From the NCBI RefSeq assembly GCF_009914755.1, contig NC_060935.1: DNA of 64,000 nucleotides; one strand, given 5' to 3'. This document shows, piece after piece, positions 41,241 through 56,019 of this stretch (the stretch's first letter is position 1; the number at the start of each line of letters is the position of its first letter). The notes below the pieces were generated by a model that was not told the origin of the DNA, did no database searches, and was given only the letters and a program-made list of their open reading frames with translations. The position numbers and the translations under genes are program-made. This DNA comes from the human T2T-CHM13v2.0 reference genome, Homo sapiens.

Positions 41241-43142
41241 ACTAATGTGACTGGGAGCAAGCAGCCTTGGGCAGTTGGGCTGGATGTCTGGGGCCTGGCA
41301 CCCGAACTCTTTTGGCCTGCCTCAGTACCCGAGGCTGCCCGACACATTTCTTGGCCTTAGAAACAGCCAAGAAAATCAGCAGCCCCTGGCTCATCGGTAG
41401 AAACCCAAAGAAACAAACACCTTGGTGGCCAGGAGGGGATGGGCACCTTGCCCTCCCAGCGGGACAGCTGACAGCAGGCCTGATGCAGTGATCACAGGCA
41501 TCTGTGGGGGTGACTAGCCTTGCCCTGGCTGTGTGAGACATTTCCTTGGGAAAAGTCTTGCTCCTTTATGTGCATGTCAGCTGGCTGTGAAATGAGAACT
41601 TCTGAGAGGCTTAAAGAAACCCACCCAATCTTTGGAGATCTCTGCCGCCCTCTTCAAGTCTCAATAGCATTTTTCTGCCGACGGCTCGTGACTCACAGAG
41701 GCTACATTTGTGACTTTCGTACCCTCAGAATTGGATTTAAAGATAATAAAAATTTCCAATAGGAAAAAAAAATGTCTGGGTTCTGACATTATGCTAAGTC
41801 TCCACCTTTTGGGGCTGAGTGCCCAGTGGGGCAAATGCGGGTCACTTTCTTGACAGGCCCAAGGAAGGGTCTCCTTCCAGCAGGAACCTTGGATTCTCGA
41901 ATCAGTATCTTTCCTGATGCCCAGTGTGAGGTGCAATTCTTGAAAGAACAGACCAGATCAGTTTTTTTTCTGTTCTTTTCTTATCATCAGTTTGTTTTAG
42001 CTGTCTTTCAGCAAAAGTTTCATGCATTTCATTTCCTTATGTAGTCCTGACATCATCTCTTAAGAGCAAGACACTGGGATCATGCCCATTTCACAGATGG
42101 AGAAAGTGAGGCTCAGGAAGAGGAAATAGCTTGTTCAAAATAGTGCAGCTGGAAAGCAGAGTGTCTGGGACCTGAACCCAGGGCAGCCACCCTGCACCAG
42201 CCATGTGTCAGAGCCTTTCTCAGCTCCCACCTGGGCAGGTCATCCCACAACCCTTCGTTTCCTGGCCCCAGCCAGTGGCATCTGAGCTGAAGACGGAGGG
42301 CTGAGGATGAGGCTGATGGCTTGTGGCTGGTTGGAGTCTCCACAGACCTGTACCCCACTGCGAGCTTCCATGAGCTGCTGGCGCCTCACAGCCCTGGGCC
42401 TGAGCCTAGGTGGGGTCACTCAGGGACATGGGCCTGCCTGCTGCTGAGGCTCTCATTCCTGGAGAGAGAGCCCAGGGAGGGAAGGTGGTGGGGGAACCTC
42501 GGGGTTGGAGGCGTGGGCCCCCAAGCATGTCCCGTCCTGCAGACACTCCCTGCTGCCCGGGCTGACCATGGGGGCATCCTGCCTGGTGCCAGCCAGCCCA
42601 GCCTTGTCTAGCCTGCCTCTGCCAAGTGGCCCATTTGACTGTCCCCATCTGTTTGCCCATGGAGTCCGGAGGGTGTGCCCTGGCCCAGAGCCCAGCTGCA
42701 GCCTGGGAAACACCAGACTCCATCCATGGCTCTTTGTTTTATACTTTATCCAATAGGCAGTAAGGACCTCAGAGAGCATCAGGTCCAGACCTCTTGCCCT
42801 GCACAAATGGAGAAACTGAGGCAGAGAGAGGGAAGGGGCAGGTCAGAGGCAGTATGGGGTTGAGTCCTGCGCTCTTTCAAGATTCTGTTGGCTAAATCCA
42901 TTGTCCCCAGAAGCCCTTGTGCATGTAGTTTTCCATGCCGTGATGGGGGCTGGGGAGTCCCTTGGCATCAAATGGGTGGTTTGGATTCTGCTGAGGGGTC
43001 CACCTGCCTGGTGAGCAAGAGACCAGGAGCCAGGAGCCAGGAGAATGGGGAGGCTCAGGGCCAGCCGCCCACCTCCCTTGGGCACCTTAATATACGCAGC
43101 TTGTGTATATACATACACTTGTGCAAGGAGCTTTACGTCCTG

Positions 43143-43471
43143 CCTTTGTCCATTCAGGCTGCTGTAACAAAACACCATAGATGGGTGGGCGGCTCGTAAA
43201 TAACAGATGTTTATTCTGGAGGCTGGAAGTCCAAGATCAAGGCGTCAGCAGATTCAGGGTCTGGTGAGGGCAGGCTGGTTCGTAAACCACACTTTCTCAC
43301 AGGGTGGAAGGGGTGAGGTGTCTCTCTATGGGGTCTCTTTTATAAGGGCACTCATCCCTTTCATGAGAGCTCTGTCCCCCTAAGCTAATCACCTCCGAAA
43401 GGCCCCATTTCCTAACACCATCACCTTGGGGGTTTGCATTTTGGGGGAACATAAACAATCAGACCATAGCA
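43143..43471 (-). mobile_element. MLT1A-like LTR
   Basis: ggctgctgtaacaaaacacc...ctggaggctggaagtccaagatcaagg...cagaccatagca. Confidence 0.88.
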
Positions 43472-43484
43472 GTCCTCCACTCAA

Positions 43485-44001
43485 TACCCATGCCTGGCTA
43501 GTGGGTACCCGTGTCTGGCTAGTGGGTACCTGTGTCTGGCTGGTGATACCTGTGTTTGGCTAGTGGATACCTGTGCCTGGCTAGTGGATACCCCTGTCTG
43601 ACTAGTGGGTACCCGCATCTGGCTAGTGGATATCCCTGTCTGGCTAGTGGGTACCAATGTCTGGCTAGTGATACCTCGTGTCTGGCTAGTGATACCTGTG
43701 TCTAGCCAGTGATACCTGTGCCTGGCTAGTGGATATCCATGTCTGGCTAGTGAGTACCCGCATCTGGCTAGTGATACCGGTGTCTGGCTAGTGGGTACCC
43801 ATGTCTGGCTAGTGATACCTGTGCCTGGCTAGTGGATACCCGTGTCTGGCCAGTGGGTACTTGTGTCTGGCTAGTGATACCCCGTGTCTGGCTAGTGATA
43901 CCTGTGTCTGGCCAGTGATACCTGTGCCTGGCTAGTGGATACCCGCATCTGGCTAGTGATACCTATGTCTGGCTGGTGGGTACCCATGTCTAGCTAGTGG
44001 C
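43485..44001. repeat. Minisatellite, 25 units of 20-21 bp, consensus TACCYGTGTCTGGCTAGTG(GG/GA/A)
   Basis: Units parsed by hand from 43485 to 44001. Confidence 0.97.
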
Positions 44002-44434
44002 CAATACCCAGAGGCACCCAATTCACATTTTGTCTCCTTTGGCAGAAGATGACCTGTTTGCTGAAATGAAACCTCTTTTCTGGGGACACCCTCTGACCAC
44101 CAGAAATCGGGCTGCTCTTATGCAGGGGGTGAGTTTTGATGAGATGGGAACAATTTCAGGATTGAGCTTCTCCTGGAGGAAACAAAGTGCCTCACGTAGG
44201 GAGAAGCAAGGGGCTTAAAAGTTGGGAGAGAGAGAGAGTGTCAAAGACAAAACTCAGGGGCAGGGTGTCGGACAGAAATCCAAGGTGAACCTCAAAGGCA
44301 TGATGTCACGTTTTCTTGTAGTCACATTAAAAAAAAAAAGAACAAATAGGCAAAATGTATTTTAATAATATATTTCATTTAATTCAATCGATCCAAAATG
44401 CAATTGTCTCAGCACATAACTACTATAAAGCATT

Positions 44435-44755
<321 letters not shown>

Positions 44756-46225
44756 ATAAAGCATTATTAATGAGATATTTTACACCTTTTTTTTTTTTTT
44801 TTTTTTTTTTTGTAAAAAGCCTTCAGAATTCGACACCTCTCTATTTGGACCAGCCACATGTGAAGTGCCTGGAGGCTGTGACGGGGCAGTGGCTGTCATG
44901 GTGAACTGCTATGTAGTGATTCTAGAGTCAGATAGAGATGGGTTTGAGACCTGCGTGTGCCACTAACTGCCTGTGTGACTTACGGGTGCCAAGTACTATT
45001 CTAAGAGCTTTACACATATGAATTCACCCAGTCTTAGGAAGTAGGGTGCTGTTATCATCCCTCCTTTTTTTTAAGTTGAAGACATGAGGGCACAGAGAGG
45101 TTAAGTGATTTGCCCACAGCTACACAGCTATTGAGAGGTAGGGCCGAGATCTGAACCCCGAGTTTGATTTGTCAGAAGTGCTTTGTAAACTGTTTCACAA
45201 AGCCTGATCATTAATCAATCAGCGAGGCAACTCATAGAGTAGCTCCCTGGGAATGGAGCCATTGAGTGTCGCCATGCCCTGGGAATTCACCGCAGCTCAG
45301 CAGACATTTATTAGATGCTTGCTCCTTGCCAGCTATAGGGGAGCCTGGGGCAGACCTGAGTTTTTCTGCCAGGGACTGTTTTTTCCCGGCCTTCCCACGG
45401 AGCCCCTCCTGCTTGCTGGGTGTCCACCCAGAGCCCTCGTGGGCTGGGCTCCCCCACCCTGGCCTCCACCCTGCCTCAGCCTCGCCCGAGAGCTCACATG
45501 TTCAGGCCGAGACCTGCGCCAGCCTGGGCATTCCTGCAAGTGGGGGAAAGCTGGGCCCACATCCACGGACAGTCTTGTGGCCCAGCCCGCCCTGTGGCCG
45601 GGCAGGATTTTTGCCCAGGAATCTGCAGGGTGCTCCCTTGTCTCTGGGGCCTCCTGGGTCCCTGGAAACAGGTGCTGGTTTTAATAGCCGAGTCAGTTTC
45701 TGGTCTGGGTTTGATTCTCCTGACCCACGGAGCTCAGCCCCTCCCTCCTTCTCTTCCCCTGTGTCTCATTTATCCACCTAAAAGCCATTGAACACTATTT
45801 TCTACAGTTGAGTTTTAACGTATATAAGTAGCATGCACACATTTTAGGTGGACAGCCAGGGGATATTAACTTACGTTTACACCCATGCAACTACCGCCTG
45901 GCTCAAGGTAGTAAGGATTTCCAGCCCAGCAAGGTTGCCCTGTGCCCATTCCCAGCCAATAGCCCCCACTGCAGGTCACCACTCATCTGAGTTTTGTCTC
46001 TGTAGATGAGTTCTGCCTGCCCTTGAACTTCATAACAGTGGAATCCTCCAGTATGTGGTCTTTTCTATTTGTTTCTTTTGAGCAACATGAACTTTTTGAG
46101 ATTCATTCATTTTGTTGTGTGTATCCATGATTTTTTATTTTATTTTTAAAAATTCCTGAGTAGTCTCTCTTTGTAGGAATTTACCATGGGTTTGTTCATT
46201 GTTTTTGGCATTGGGCTGTTTTCAT

Positions 46226-46533
46226 TTTGTTTTGTTTTGTTTTTGTTTTTAGACAGGATCTTGCTCTGTCACCCAGGCTGGAGGGCAGTGACGTGATCTT
46301 GGCTCACTGCAGCCTGGACCTCCAAGGGCTCAAACGATCCTCCCACCTCAGCTTCCCAGGTAGCTGGGACCACAGGCACGCGCCACCACACCCAGCTAAT
46401 TTTTGTATTTTTTGTAGAGATGGGGTTTTGCCATATTGCCCAGGCTGGCCTTGAACTCCTGGGCTCAAGCCATCTGCCCGCCTCAGTCTCCCAAAGTGCT
46501 GGGATTACAAGTGTGAGCCACAACGTGCCTGGC
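46226..46533 (-). mobile_element. AluJ
   Basis: gcagcctggacc, ctcctgggctcaagccatc. Confidence 0.94.
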
Positions 46534-46919
46534 CCTTGGGCTGTCATTACTAAAACGTGTATAGCATTCCAGTACGCATCCTGGGTGGACACATACATGC
46601 ACTGTTCTCTAGGACTGAAAATGCTGGCCTGAGCACTGTAGTTGTTTAACTTTAGTAGATCCCACCACTCAGTTTGCCAAAATGGCCTATTTCCTTTCCT
46701 GCTTCCAATGACAAGGCAGGAAGGTTCTGGTTGTTCCACATCCTCGCCTACATTTGGTATGGTCGTTTTTTTTTTTTAATTTTAGCCATTCTGTTGGGTG
46801 TGCTATAATTATGGTTTTAACTGCATTTCCCTGATGACTAACGATATTGAGCACCTTCTCATATTCCCAGTGGCTATCTAAACATCTTTTGTGAACTGCC
46901 TGTTCAAGCCTTTCCCTCA

Positions 46920-47283
<364 letters not shown>

Positions 47284-50200
47284 TCATCTTTAGCAACTGT
47301 TTGTATACTCTGATGACAAGTCTTTGGTTGGATCTATGTATCATGAATATCTTCTTTCACTCTGTGACTTGCTTTTTCACTCTGTCTTTAGACGGAGTGT
47401 CTTTTGACAGCTTTTCTCTTTTTGATTTCTTAAACTTTTTGGCTTTTTAAAAAAATTAAGCTTTTTATTTTGAGATAATTGTCAATTCACATGCAGTTGT
47501 GAGAAATAATACAAAGATATCCCGTGTACTCTTTCATCAGTCTCCCCCCAATGGTAACGTCTTTCAAAACTATAGTACAACCTCGCAACCAGGCTACTGA
47601 CATTGATCCAGTGAACTAACTGAACGTTTCCATCACCTCGAGGATTCCTCATGTTGCATTTTTATACACACACCTACTCTCCTCGTGTCCCCCACCCTCC
47701 TTAACCTTTGGCAACCACTAATCTGTTCTCCATCTCCATAAATTTGTCATTCCAACAATGTTATATAAGTGGATTAATAAATTTGTTTTTTCCCTCAGCA
47801 TAATTCTTTGGAGATTCATCCAGGTTGTTGTGTCTGTCAATAGGTTCTTCCTTTTATTGCCAAGTAATCTTAGTTTGTTTAATAACTCACTTGTTAAGAA
47901 CATTTGGATTGCTCTCCAGTTTCTTGCTATTACAATAAGGCAGCTATAAACATTTATGTCCAAGTTTTTGTGTGAACATAAGTCTTCATTTATTTAGGAG
48001 TAACTGCCCAGGAATTCAATTGTTGGGTCACATGGTTCTTGCTATATGAAACTGCCAAACTTTTTCAGAGTGGCTGTACCATTTTACAGTCTCACCAGCA
48101 ATGTAGGAGTGACCCAGTTTCTTCACATCCTCACCAGCACTTGATACCATTATTTTTTATTTTAGCCATTCTGATAGGTGTCTAGTGATACCTCATTGTA
48201 GTTTGAATGTGTAGTTGCCTAATGGTTAATGATGTCGAACATCTTTTTATGTACATATTTGCATCTAGGTATCTTCTTCAGGGAAATGTCTCTTTATATC
48301 TTCTGCTCATGTTCTAATTGGGTTGTTTGCTCTTTCACTGTTGAGTTTTAAGGGTTCTTTCTATAGCCTGGATACTTCTCTTTTGTAGGATTTGTGGATT
48401 GCAAATATTTTCTCCCAGTCTATACCTTGTCTTTCCATCCTCTTAGCAGGGTCTTTGGCAGAGCAGAATTTTTATTTGGATTAAGTCCAGTTTATCAAGT
48501 TTTCCTTTTATGGATCGGCTCTGAGAGTCAAGTCTAAGGACTCTTTGTCTACTTCTAGATGCTGAAGATTTTTTCCTCTGTTTTTTTCTAAAAGTATTAT
48601 AGTTTCACATGTACATAATTCATTATGAGTTACTTTTTGTAAAAGGTGTGAAATTTAGGTTGGAGTTCATTTTATTGCAAATGGATATCCAGTTGCTTCA
48701 GCACCATTTTCTATAAATGCTATTTTTCTCCATCGAATTGATTTTATACCTTTGTTAAAAATTAGTGGGGTGTATTCTTGTGAATCTATTTCTGGGTTCT
48801 CTGTACTGTTCCATTGTTCTGTATGTTTATTTGTCTGCCAATACCATGAACTTTTGATTATTGTATTATTATTTGATTATATAAGCCTATATATTAAGCT
48901 TAAAATCAAGTAGACTAAATGCTCTCACTTTATTCTTATTTTTCAAAATTGTTTTAGCTATTCTAAAACCTTTTCTTTTCTATATACATTTTAGAATAAT
49001 CTTGTGTATATCTACAAAAAAATCTTACTGAAACTTTGACAGGAATTGCTGTATATCAACCATACCTAAACACTGATTTAGGGAGGATTGTCATCTTTAC
49101 TATGTTGGGTCTTCTAATCTATGAACATGGTATGTCTCTTCATTTATTTAGATTTTCTTTGATGTCTTTCATAGTGGTTGTGTAGTTTTCAGCATGCAAG
49201 TTCTGTATATCAAAAAAATTTACATCTAGTTATTTAATTTTTGAGTGATTTCAATAGCATTGTATTTTTAATTTTTATGTTCACATGTTTACTACTAATA
49301 CATAGAAATACAATCAGTTTTGTATATTTATCTTGTCTGTCACCTTGCTGAACTAACTTATTAGTTTCTGGGAGGTATTGTTTATGTAGATTCATTGGGA
49401 TTTTCCACAGCGATAATCATGTTATCTATTTTATTTCTCCTTTCTCATATGTATGGCTTTTGAATTCATGTTAATTATTCTGCAAAGAATTGGTACAATT
49501 GTCCAGTAAAATCATCCAGGCTTGGAGATTTCTGAAATGATGTCTTTAATTTCCTTAATAGTTATAAGGCTATGCAAATTATCTATTTCATATTGGGTGA
49601 GTTGTGGTTAAGAAGTTGATTTATCTAAGTTGTCAAATTTATGTGTGTAGAGTGGCTCATAGTATTCTATTTTATCTTTTTGATGTCTGCAGGGTCTGTA
49701 ATGATATTCCCGGTTTCATTCTTCATGTTGGCAATTTGCATCTTCTCCTCCTTTTTTTCGTTATCAGTCTTGCTAGAAGTGTGTCCATTTTATTGTTCTC
49801 TTCAAAGAGACAGCTCTTTTTTCATTGATTTTATTTTTTTTCAATTTTATTCATGTCTGCTGTTCTCTATTATTTCTTTCTTCTGCTTTCTTTGGGTTGA
49901 TTTTTCTCTTCTTTCTCTAGTTTCTTGAGGTGGGAACTTAGACTATGGTTTTGAGGCTTTTCCTTCTTTTTGATCATAGGTATTTTGTAGTATAATTTTT
50001 CCTCTCAGCATTGTTTTAGCTGTGTCACACAAACACTAGTGTGTTGTATTTTCATTTTCATTAAGTTCAATGTATTTTTCTGTCTTCCTTGAAACTTCCT
50101 CTTTGATCCAAAGATAATTTAGAAGTGTGTTGTTTAGTTTCCAAGTGTTCAGAGATTTTCCTGTTATCTTTCTGTTACTGATTTCTAGTTTGATTTCATT

Positions 50201-52334
50201 GTGTTTGGAGAACATACCCTGTATGATTTATATTTTTTAAAGTTTTTTAGATTGCTTTATGGCCCAGGATATGGTCTATCTATTTTACATGAGCACTTGA
50301 AAAGAATGCATATTTTTCTGTTATTGAGGGGAATGTGTTGTAAATATTGATTAGATCCTGGGAGTTGACAGTGTTGAGTGTTTTAGTATTCTTGTTGATT
50401 TTCTGTCTAGTTCTATCAATTGTAGAGAGAAAAGTGTTGAAATTTCTAACTCTAATTCTGTACTTGTCTATTTTTCCTTTCAGTTTTCTCAGTTTTTCTT
50501 TGGTGCTTTGAAGACTTTTTTCTGTCTTTAGTTTTCAGAAGTTTAATTAGTATGTGTCTTGGTGTGGATTTCTTTGGTTTATCCTATTTACGGTTTGTTC
50601 AGCTTCTTGAATCTGTAAGTTTGTGTCTCTTCACAAATTTAGGAAGTTTCCAGCCATTATTTCTGTAAGCATTTTTTCACTATCATGCTCTTTCTCCTTT
50701 CCTTCTGGAACTCCAGAAACTTAAATATTAGATTTTTTGTTGTGTTTCTTGACTCTTGGTTCCTTTTGTTGTGTCCCTGAGGCTCTGTTATTTTTTATTT
50801 CAGTCTCTTTTCTCTGTGTTGTTCAGATTCAGTAATTTCTGTTATTCTGTCTCCCACTTCACTCTTTCCTCTGTCCTTTCCATTCTTCTGTTCAAGGTGT
50901 CAGTGAATTTTTCATTTCTCATACTGTATTTTTCAGTTCTAAAATTTTCCATTTGGTTCTTCTTATCTTCTATTTCATTGCAAAGGCTTTCTATTTTTTA
51001 TTTGCTTCAAGTGTATTCATAATTGATCCTGGAAGCATTCTGTCATGGCTACTTTAATTATTTTCAGGTAACTCTAACATCTCTGTCATCTTGGTGTTGG
51101 CACCTATTGATTGTTGTTTTTCATGCAGCTTGAGATCTTCATGATTCTTGGTATGATGTGTGATTTCCAGTTGAAACTGGGATGTTTCTGTATTATTTAG
51201 ATCCTGTGGTTCATCTGGATTGTTTTTCTTTTGACATTGCTTTGGCAAGAGAAGGGGGTCTGCTGCCTCATTATTGATAGGTGGAGGTAAAATTAATTTT
51301 GGTGCATGGTATAAATTAGAGGTAGGAGTTCATTTTCCCCCATTGGCTCTCTGGTCTCCCCAGCATTATTTACTGAAAAGATCACCCTTCCTTTCCCTTG
51401 ATTACAGTTGTCCTTATGTCTTAAATCAGAAGACTGTGTAGGTGAGGGTCAGCTCTAGACTCATTGCTTCATTGCTAGTGTCAACTATGGGCCAGGATCC
51501 AGGGCTTGGAACCAAGAACCTCTTTGGATTAATGCCTATTAAGATAATATTGAAAATGAAGTAAGTGCAATGGAGACTCATCATTGCATTACAGAGACAG
51601 AAGGGGCCCCCAAACTAATCTGGAGTGGTGTACAGGATCAGGGAAGTTGCCCTGAAGTTGATAAGCAGAATGTGGAAGGATGGGCAGGAGTTGTCTAAGA
51701 GAAGAGTGTGGCAATAGAAGGGCACCCTGGGCCACAGGGAACAAACCATAGCTGAAAGATGAGGAGTCAAGAAATATTCTGGCACCCATGGGGTACTATT
51801 AGCAGTTTAACTTTACAGGAGCTGAAAATTTAAGAAGGGGAATGTCAAGAGATGAGGCTGAACCTTGGCAGGGATGGATCCTTGGACCACATCATGTAGT
51901 TGACCCTGTCACATAGCTTGGACTTCACCTTGTGGGTGACAGGAGGCCACCAGGGCTGACAGTAGAGGAAGAACATGGCCATGGAATCCTTGGGAGAAGT
52001 GGTGTGGGTTCATTGAAAAGGCCAGGGCAGAGGCTGAAAGACTCATCAGGGGAATGTAGCAGTGATCCGCAGGGGTTGTTTAGGGACCAGTCATGACTGT
52101 GGCATGGGGCTGGGAAAATGGGGCCGTGATGGCACCTGTTTTCACTTGTGGTATGATTGGACTTTAATGTGGTTCCTATGGTCATCCTGGTTGCAGAGCT
52201 GGAGTAGACACCAGATCATCTCACTGCAGTCCTCTCAACACACAGAGACAGAGGATGACCATGGGGGTCAGGGGCAAAGTGAGGAAAGTTCTCTAACCCC
52301 CTGGGAGAATAGCAGCACCATCAATGGGCAGATC

Positions 52335-52399
52335 TGTATTAGGGCTCTCCAGAGAAACAGAACCAATAAGATGTGTACATATACAGAAATATATATATA

Positions 52400-52443
<44 letters not shown>

Positions 52444-52615
52444 GTATACTAGATGAGGCTGACCTACATTAGGGAGGGCAATCTGCTTTACTCAGTCTAT
52501 GGATTTTAATGTTCATCTCATCCAGCAACACCCTCACAGACATACCCAGAATGTATGACCAAATATCTGGGCACCCTGTGGCCCAGTTAAGTTGACAAAT
52601 AAAATTAATTATTAT
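52335..52615 (-). mobile_element. MLT2 (ERVL) LTR, internally deleted, with (TG)n
   Basis: tgtattagggctctccagagaaacagaaccaata...gagggcaatctgctttactcagtc...gcccagttaagttgaca. Confidence 0.88.
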
Positions 52616-52869
52616 GAGTCCACTCTTTCCCATCCCTGTCAGAGGCAGCAGGGTGCACTAGGGACCACAGACTCTGTTCTTCTCAGCATTGACATATTCC
52701 ATATTTATTTATTTGTTCTGTGTCTCCTCCCAGATGGGACGTCAGCTCTCTGAGGGCAGGGATTTTGGCTGAGATAACCGTGCAGAGACTCTGGGTTCTG
52801 AATGGGTTCAGAGGGGAAGGGAACCATGATGGGGATTATCCTCTTCAACATGGAATAATGATGATGAGG

Positions 52870-53240
52870 ATGGAGACAGTAATGATATTATTGTATGATC
52901 ACTACACAACATGTCTGGTTCAGGCACTTTATGTGTATTAAACTATGAATTCCTTCAACAACCTTATAAGGCAGATATCACTCTTAGCCCCACTTTACAG
53001 ATGAGGAAACCATGGCCCAGAGAGAGCCAGTAACTTGCTGGGGAACTTGGTTTTTGAGTGGCAGAGCTGGGATTCAGACCTAGAAAGTCTGGCTCCAGAA
53101 CCCATACACTGATAGAGTATATTTCTGTTCAATATTTATTAAACTCCTGCATGTGTTTGACACTCTGCTAGGCACCAGGGATTTAGGATGGAAAGGACAG
53201 TCATTTCCTTGCCTGCCCTCATGGAGCTTCTGATTTGTGG
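52870..53240 (-). mobile_element. MIR followed by L2 fragment
   Basis: cccactttacagatgaggaaac; caatatttattaaactcc...ctgccctcatggagctt. Confidence 0.8.
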
Positions 53241-53680
53241 ATGGAAGGCATGAACATAGGTGTGGTGGTCATGGTGCCTCCCACCCATCATGAACTTGAA
53301 CCAAAACAGGAATTCTTTTGTCAGTTTTTTCTATCGGTTTTTGGGGAAGTTTTATTGGAAAAAAAACTTCTAAACAAAAGCTTAAAAAGTATGCTTTATT
53401 GTCTTTTACCCTTATTATCGAACCAGTGGAAAATCAGAAAAATACAAGTGCTTACACCAGCAATAAAAAAATATGGTTCTCATCAACACCACCCTTTGCC
53501 CCGAGCCCTAGAGTGTCTTTCTCCAAGTTGTCTAAATTTCCCTTCAGTTCCTGGGACCAGCTGAGAGGACAGGGAGCCCACACTTGGCCCCACATGAGAC
53601 CTGATTCCATTTCTCTCCTTGGGGCACTCTACAACTTCCCACTCTGCCCGGGTCATGTGTGGAGCTGACTAGATACTTAA

Positions 53681-53716
<36 letters not shown>

Positions 53717-53719
53717 ACA

Positions 53720-54125
53720 ATGTTATTTTGTAAGAGCAGTTTTAAGTTCACAGCAAAAATGAGTGGAAAGTAGAGCATTCCCACAGGTCCTCTCTCCCCA
53801 CGTGCGCAGCCCCGGTTATCAACACGCCCACCAGACTGGTGCATTTGTTACAACTGACGCAGCTACACTGACACGTCATTTCCAGTGAAGTCCAGAGTCT
53901 GCATTAGGGTTCCCTATTGGGGCTGCGCCATTTTTCTCACCAACAGTGAATGAGAGTTCTGCTGCTCCACATGCTCAGCAGCCTTTGGTGCCATCAGTGT
54001 TCTGGATTGGACCATTCCCTAACGACATACGATGTGGGGCACCTTTTCAAATGCTTACTTGCATCTGTACATCTTCTCTGGCGAAGTGTCTGTTCAGGTC
54101 TTTTGCCCATTGTTTAACTGAGTTG
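53720..54125 (-). mobile_element. L1MC-like fragments preceded by (AAC)n
   Basis: gagcagttttaagttcacagcaaaaatgagtggaaagta...ggtgcatttgttacaactga. Confidence 0.8.
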
Positions 54126-55344
54126 TGCTGACCAGGTACTTTGAGGAACTCCAGACTTGTGGCTATGGCATCATCCTGGGGCCCCATAGGCCAGTTCAGG
54201 AGGGTGGCTGGTGAGCGATCCTGCTTGCTGGCCTGTGCAAAATTTGTTAATGTAGCATGCGACTGGCTGCTGGGACAGTGCTGACAGGCTGATTTTGGGT
54301 GACCCCACTCGTGTTGGGTGTGGGGTGAGCTCAGGGCTCTGAGCTTCCCATGCTCCTCTGCCCACACTCGAGTTTGAACACATGTGGCCTGTTGTGGGCC
54401 CCCACCTGTCTGTGCTGTTACTGTGAGGCCTCCTCTGGCTCCCAGCCCCCTCTCTGCTGCTGGGCTGGGCTCAGGTCTGAAGTCAGGGCAGCACTACAGG
54501 TGGCCTCTGACTCCAGCTTCATGCATCTCTGCAGCATTACCAACTGGATACACTAGGCAAAAGGCCTACCTGACATGGGGAGATGGCTGGAGCCTAAAGC
54601 TTTTGCATCTCCCAGGCCTTTCAATTCTCAAGCAAAGGAGACAGAACCCACATCAGGTCAAGTGTGAGCCTGCATGAATGGTCAGATGAGCACGGCTGGT
54701 GATGGTGGATGGTGGATTTGTGAGCAGAGTTCCCCACAGTGCTCGGGGTGGGAGAAAACAGTTTATTCAGTTTCTGACTTTCAAATATGGACCCTGAACC
54801 TTGCTTTGGCTACACACTTGCCACCTGAAAGGAGGATGTGCCACATGTGGTATTGACTTCAATGGGTATCTTTCTAGTACCCTTCTCTTAGAACTGGCCT
54901 CTCCTGGAATCTCATTCGGGTGCCCTACCAATGGTCCTGGATGTTTCTCTTCATCACCATCTCCCGCCATGACAAATGGAGCCAGGATGGACACCTGACC
55001 CCACCTGTGTTGGTTGGGTTATTTCTGAGCTGGTTTCTTGACCACGAGAATTGAAATGGCCACTTCCCAACTGCCAAGTGCTCCAAGAAGCAGAGAACAC
55101 AGGAGTAAAAAGAAGCACAGAAGGGACAGAGGTTCCAGTTCTTCTTGAGGCCTGCTGTCCCATCCTTGGGTTTTGAGAGACACCTCTGTGTCCTTGCAGA
55201 GAATTCACCACTTTGTTCAAACCAGTCTGAGAAAGCTTCTTTATTGTGGTCCCCAAGTGCAGCTGCTGCAATGACCACTGTTAACTTCCCCGCCTTGGCA
55301 AAATAACTGATACTCCAAACTGCTAAGAGTCCCAGGACTGCACC

Positions 55345-55890
55345 AGTTAGCTATTACTGTGTAACAAATTGTCCCCCGATACAGCAGCTTCAAACAGCCA
55401 TAAATATTTATTACCTCCCAGGTTCTGAGGGCCAGGCATCTGGGAGTGGCTTGGAGGGGTGTTTCTGGCTCAGGGTCTCATGAGGCTGCAGTCATACTGT
55501 CCCTGAGGCTGCATCGTCTGAAGGCTTGGCTGGGGCTGAAGGATCCACTTCCAAGCTCCCATGCATGCTTGTGGACACGTCTCAGGTTCCCACTGCTGTT
55601 GGCCAGAGGCTTCAGTGGCTTACACAGGGCATCTCCACGGGGCTGCAGTGTGCTTCCCCCAGAGTCAGAGATGAGAGAGGGAGGGAGGGAGTGGGGTTAG
55701 AGAGAGAGACGGGGTGTGGGGCAGGAGATTGAAGCTGCAATCTTTCATAACCTAAGCTTGGAAGTGCTATTCCATCACTTCTGCCACGGGCTGCTGGTCA
55801 CTTGGACCATCCCTGGGGAAAGGAAACTACACAGGGTGTGAAAACCAGGAGGCGGGGCTCACTGGGGGTCTCTGAGAATCTGGCTACCAG
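55345..55890 (-). mobile_element. MLT1F-like LTR
   Basis: ctgtgtaacaaattg...ggctcagggtctcatgaggctgcagtca...ggatccacttccaag...ggctacca. Confidence 0.85.
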
Positions 55891-56019
55891 CAAGATCTTG
55901 CAGGAAGTGATGGACAGCCCCAGGTGGACGCGTGGCATAGGGGTCTGCTGCCTCCTCCTCGTATTATCTTATCTTCTGAGAGCTGCTCCTGGGTGAACAG
56001 GTGCTCACTGCCTCTTTTT

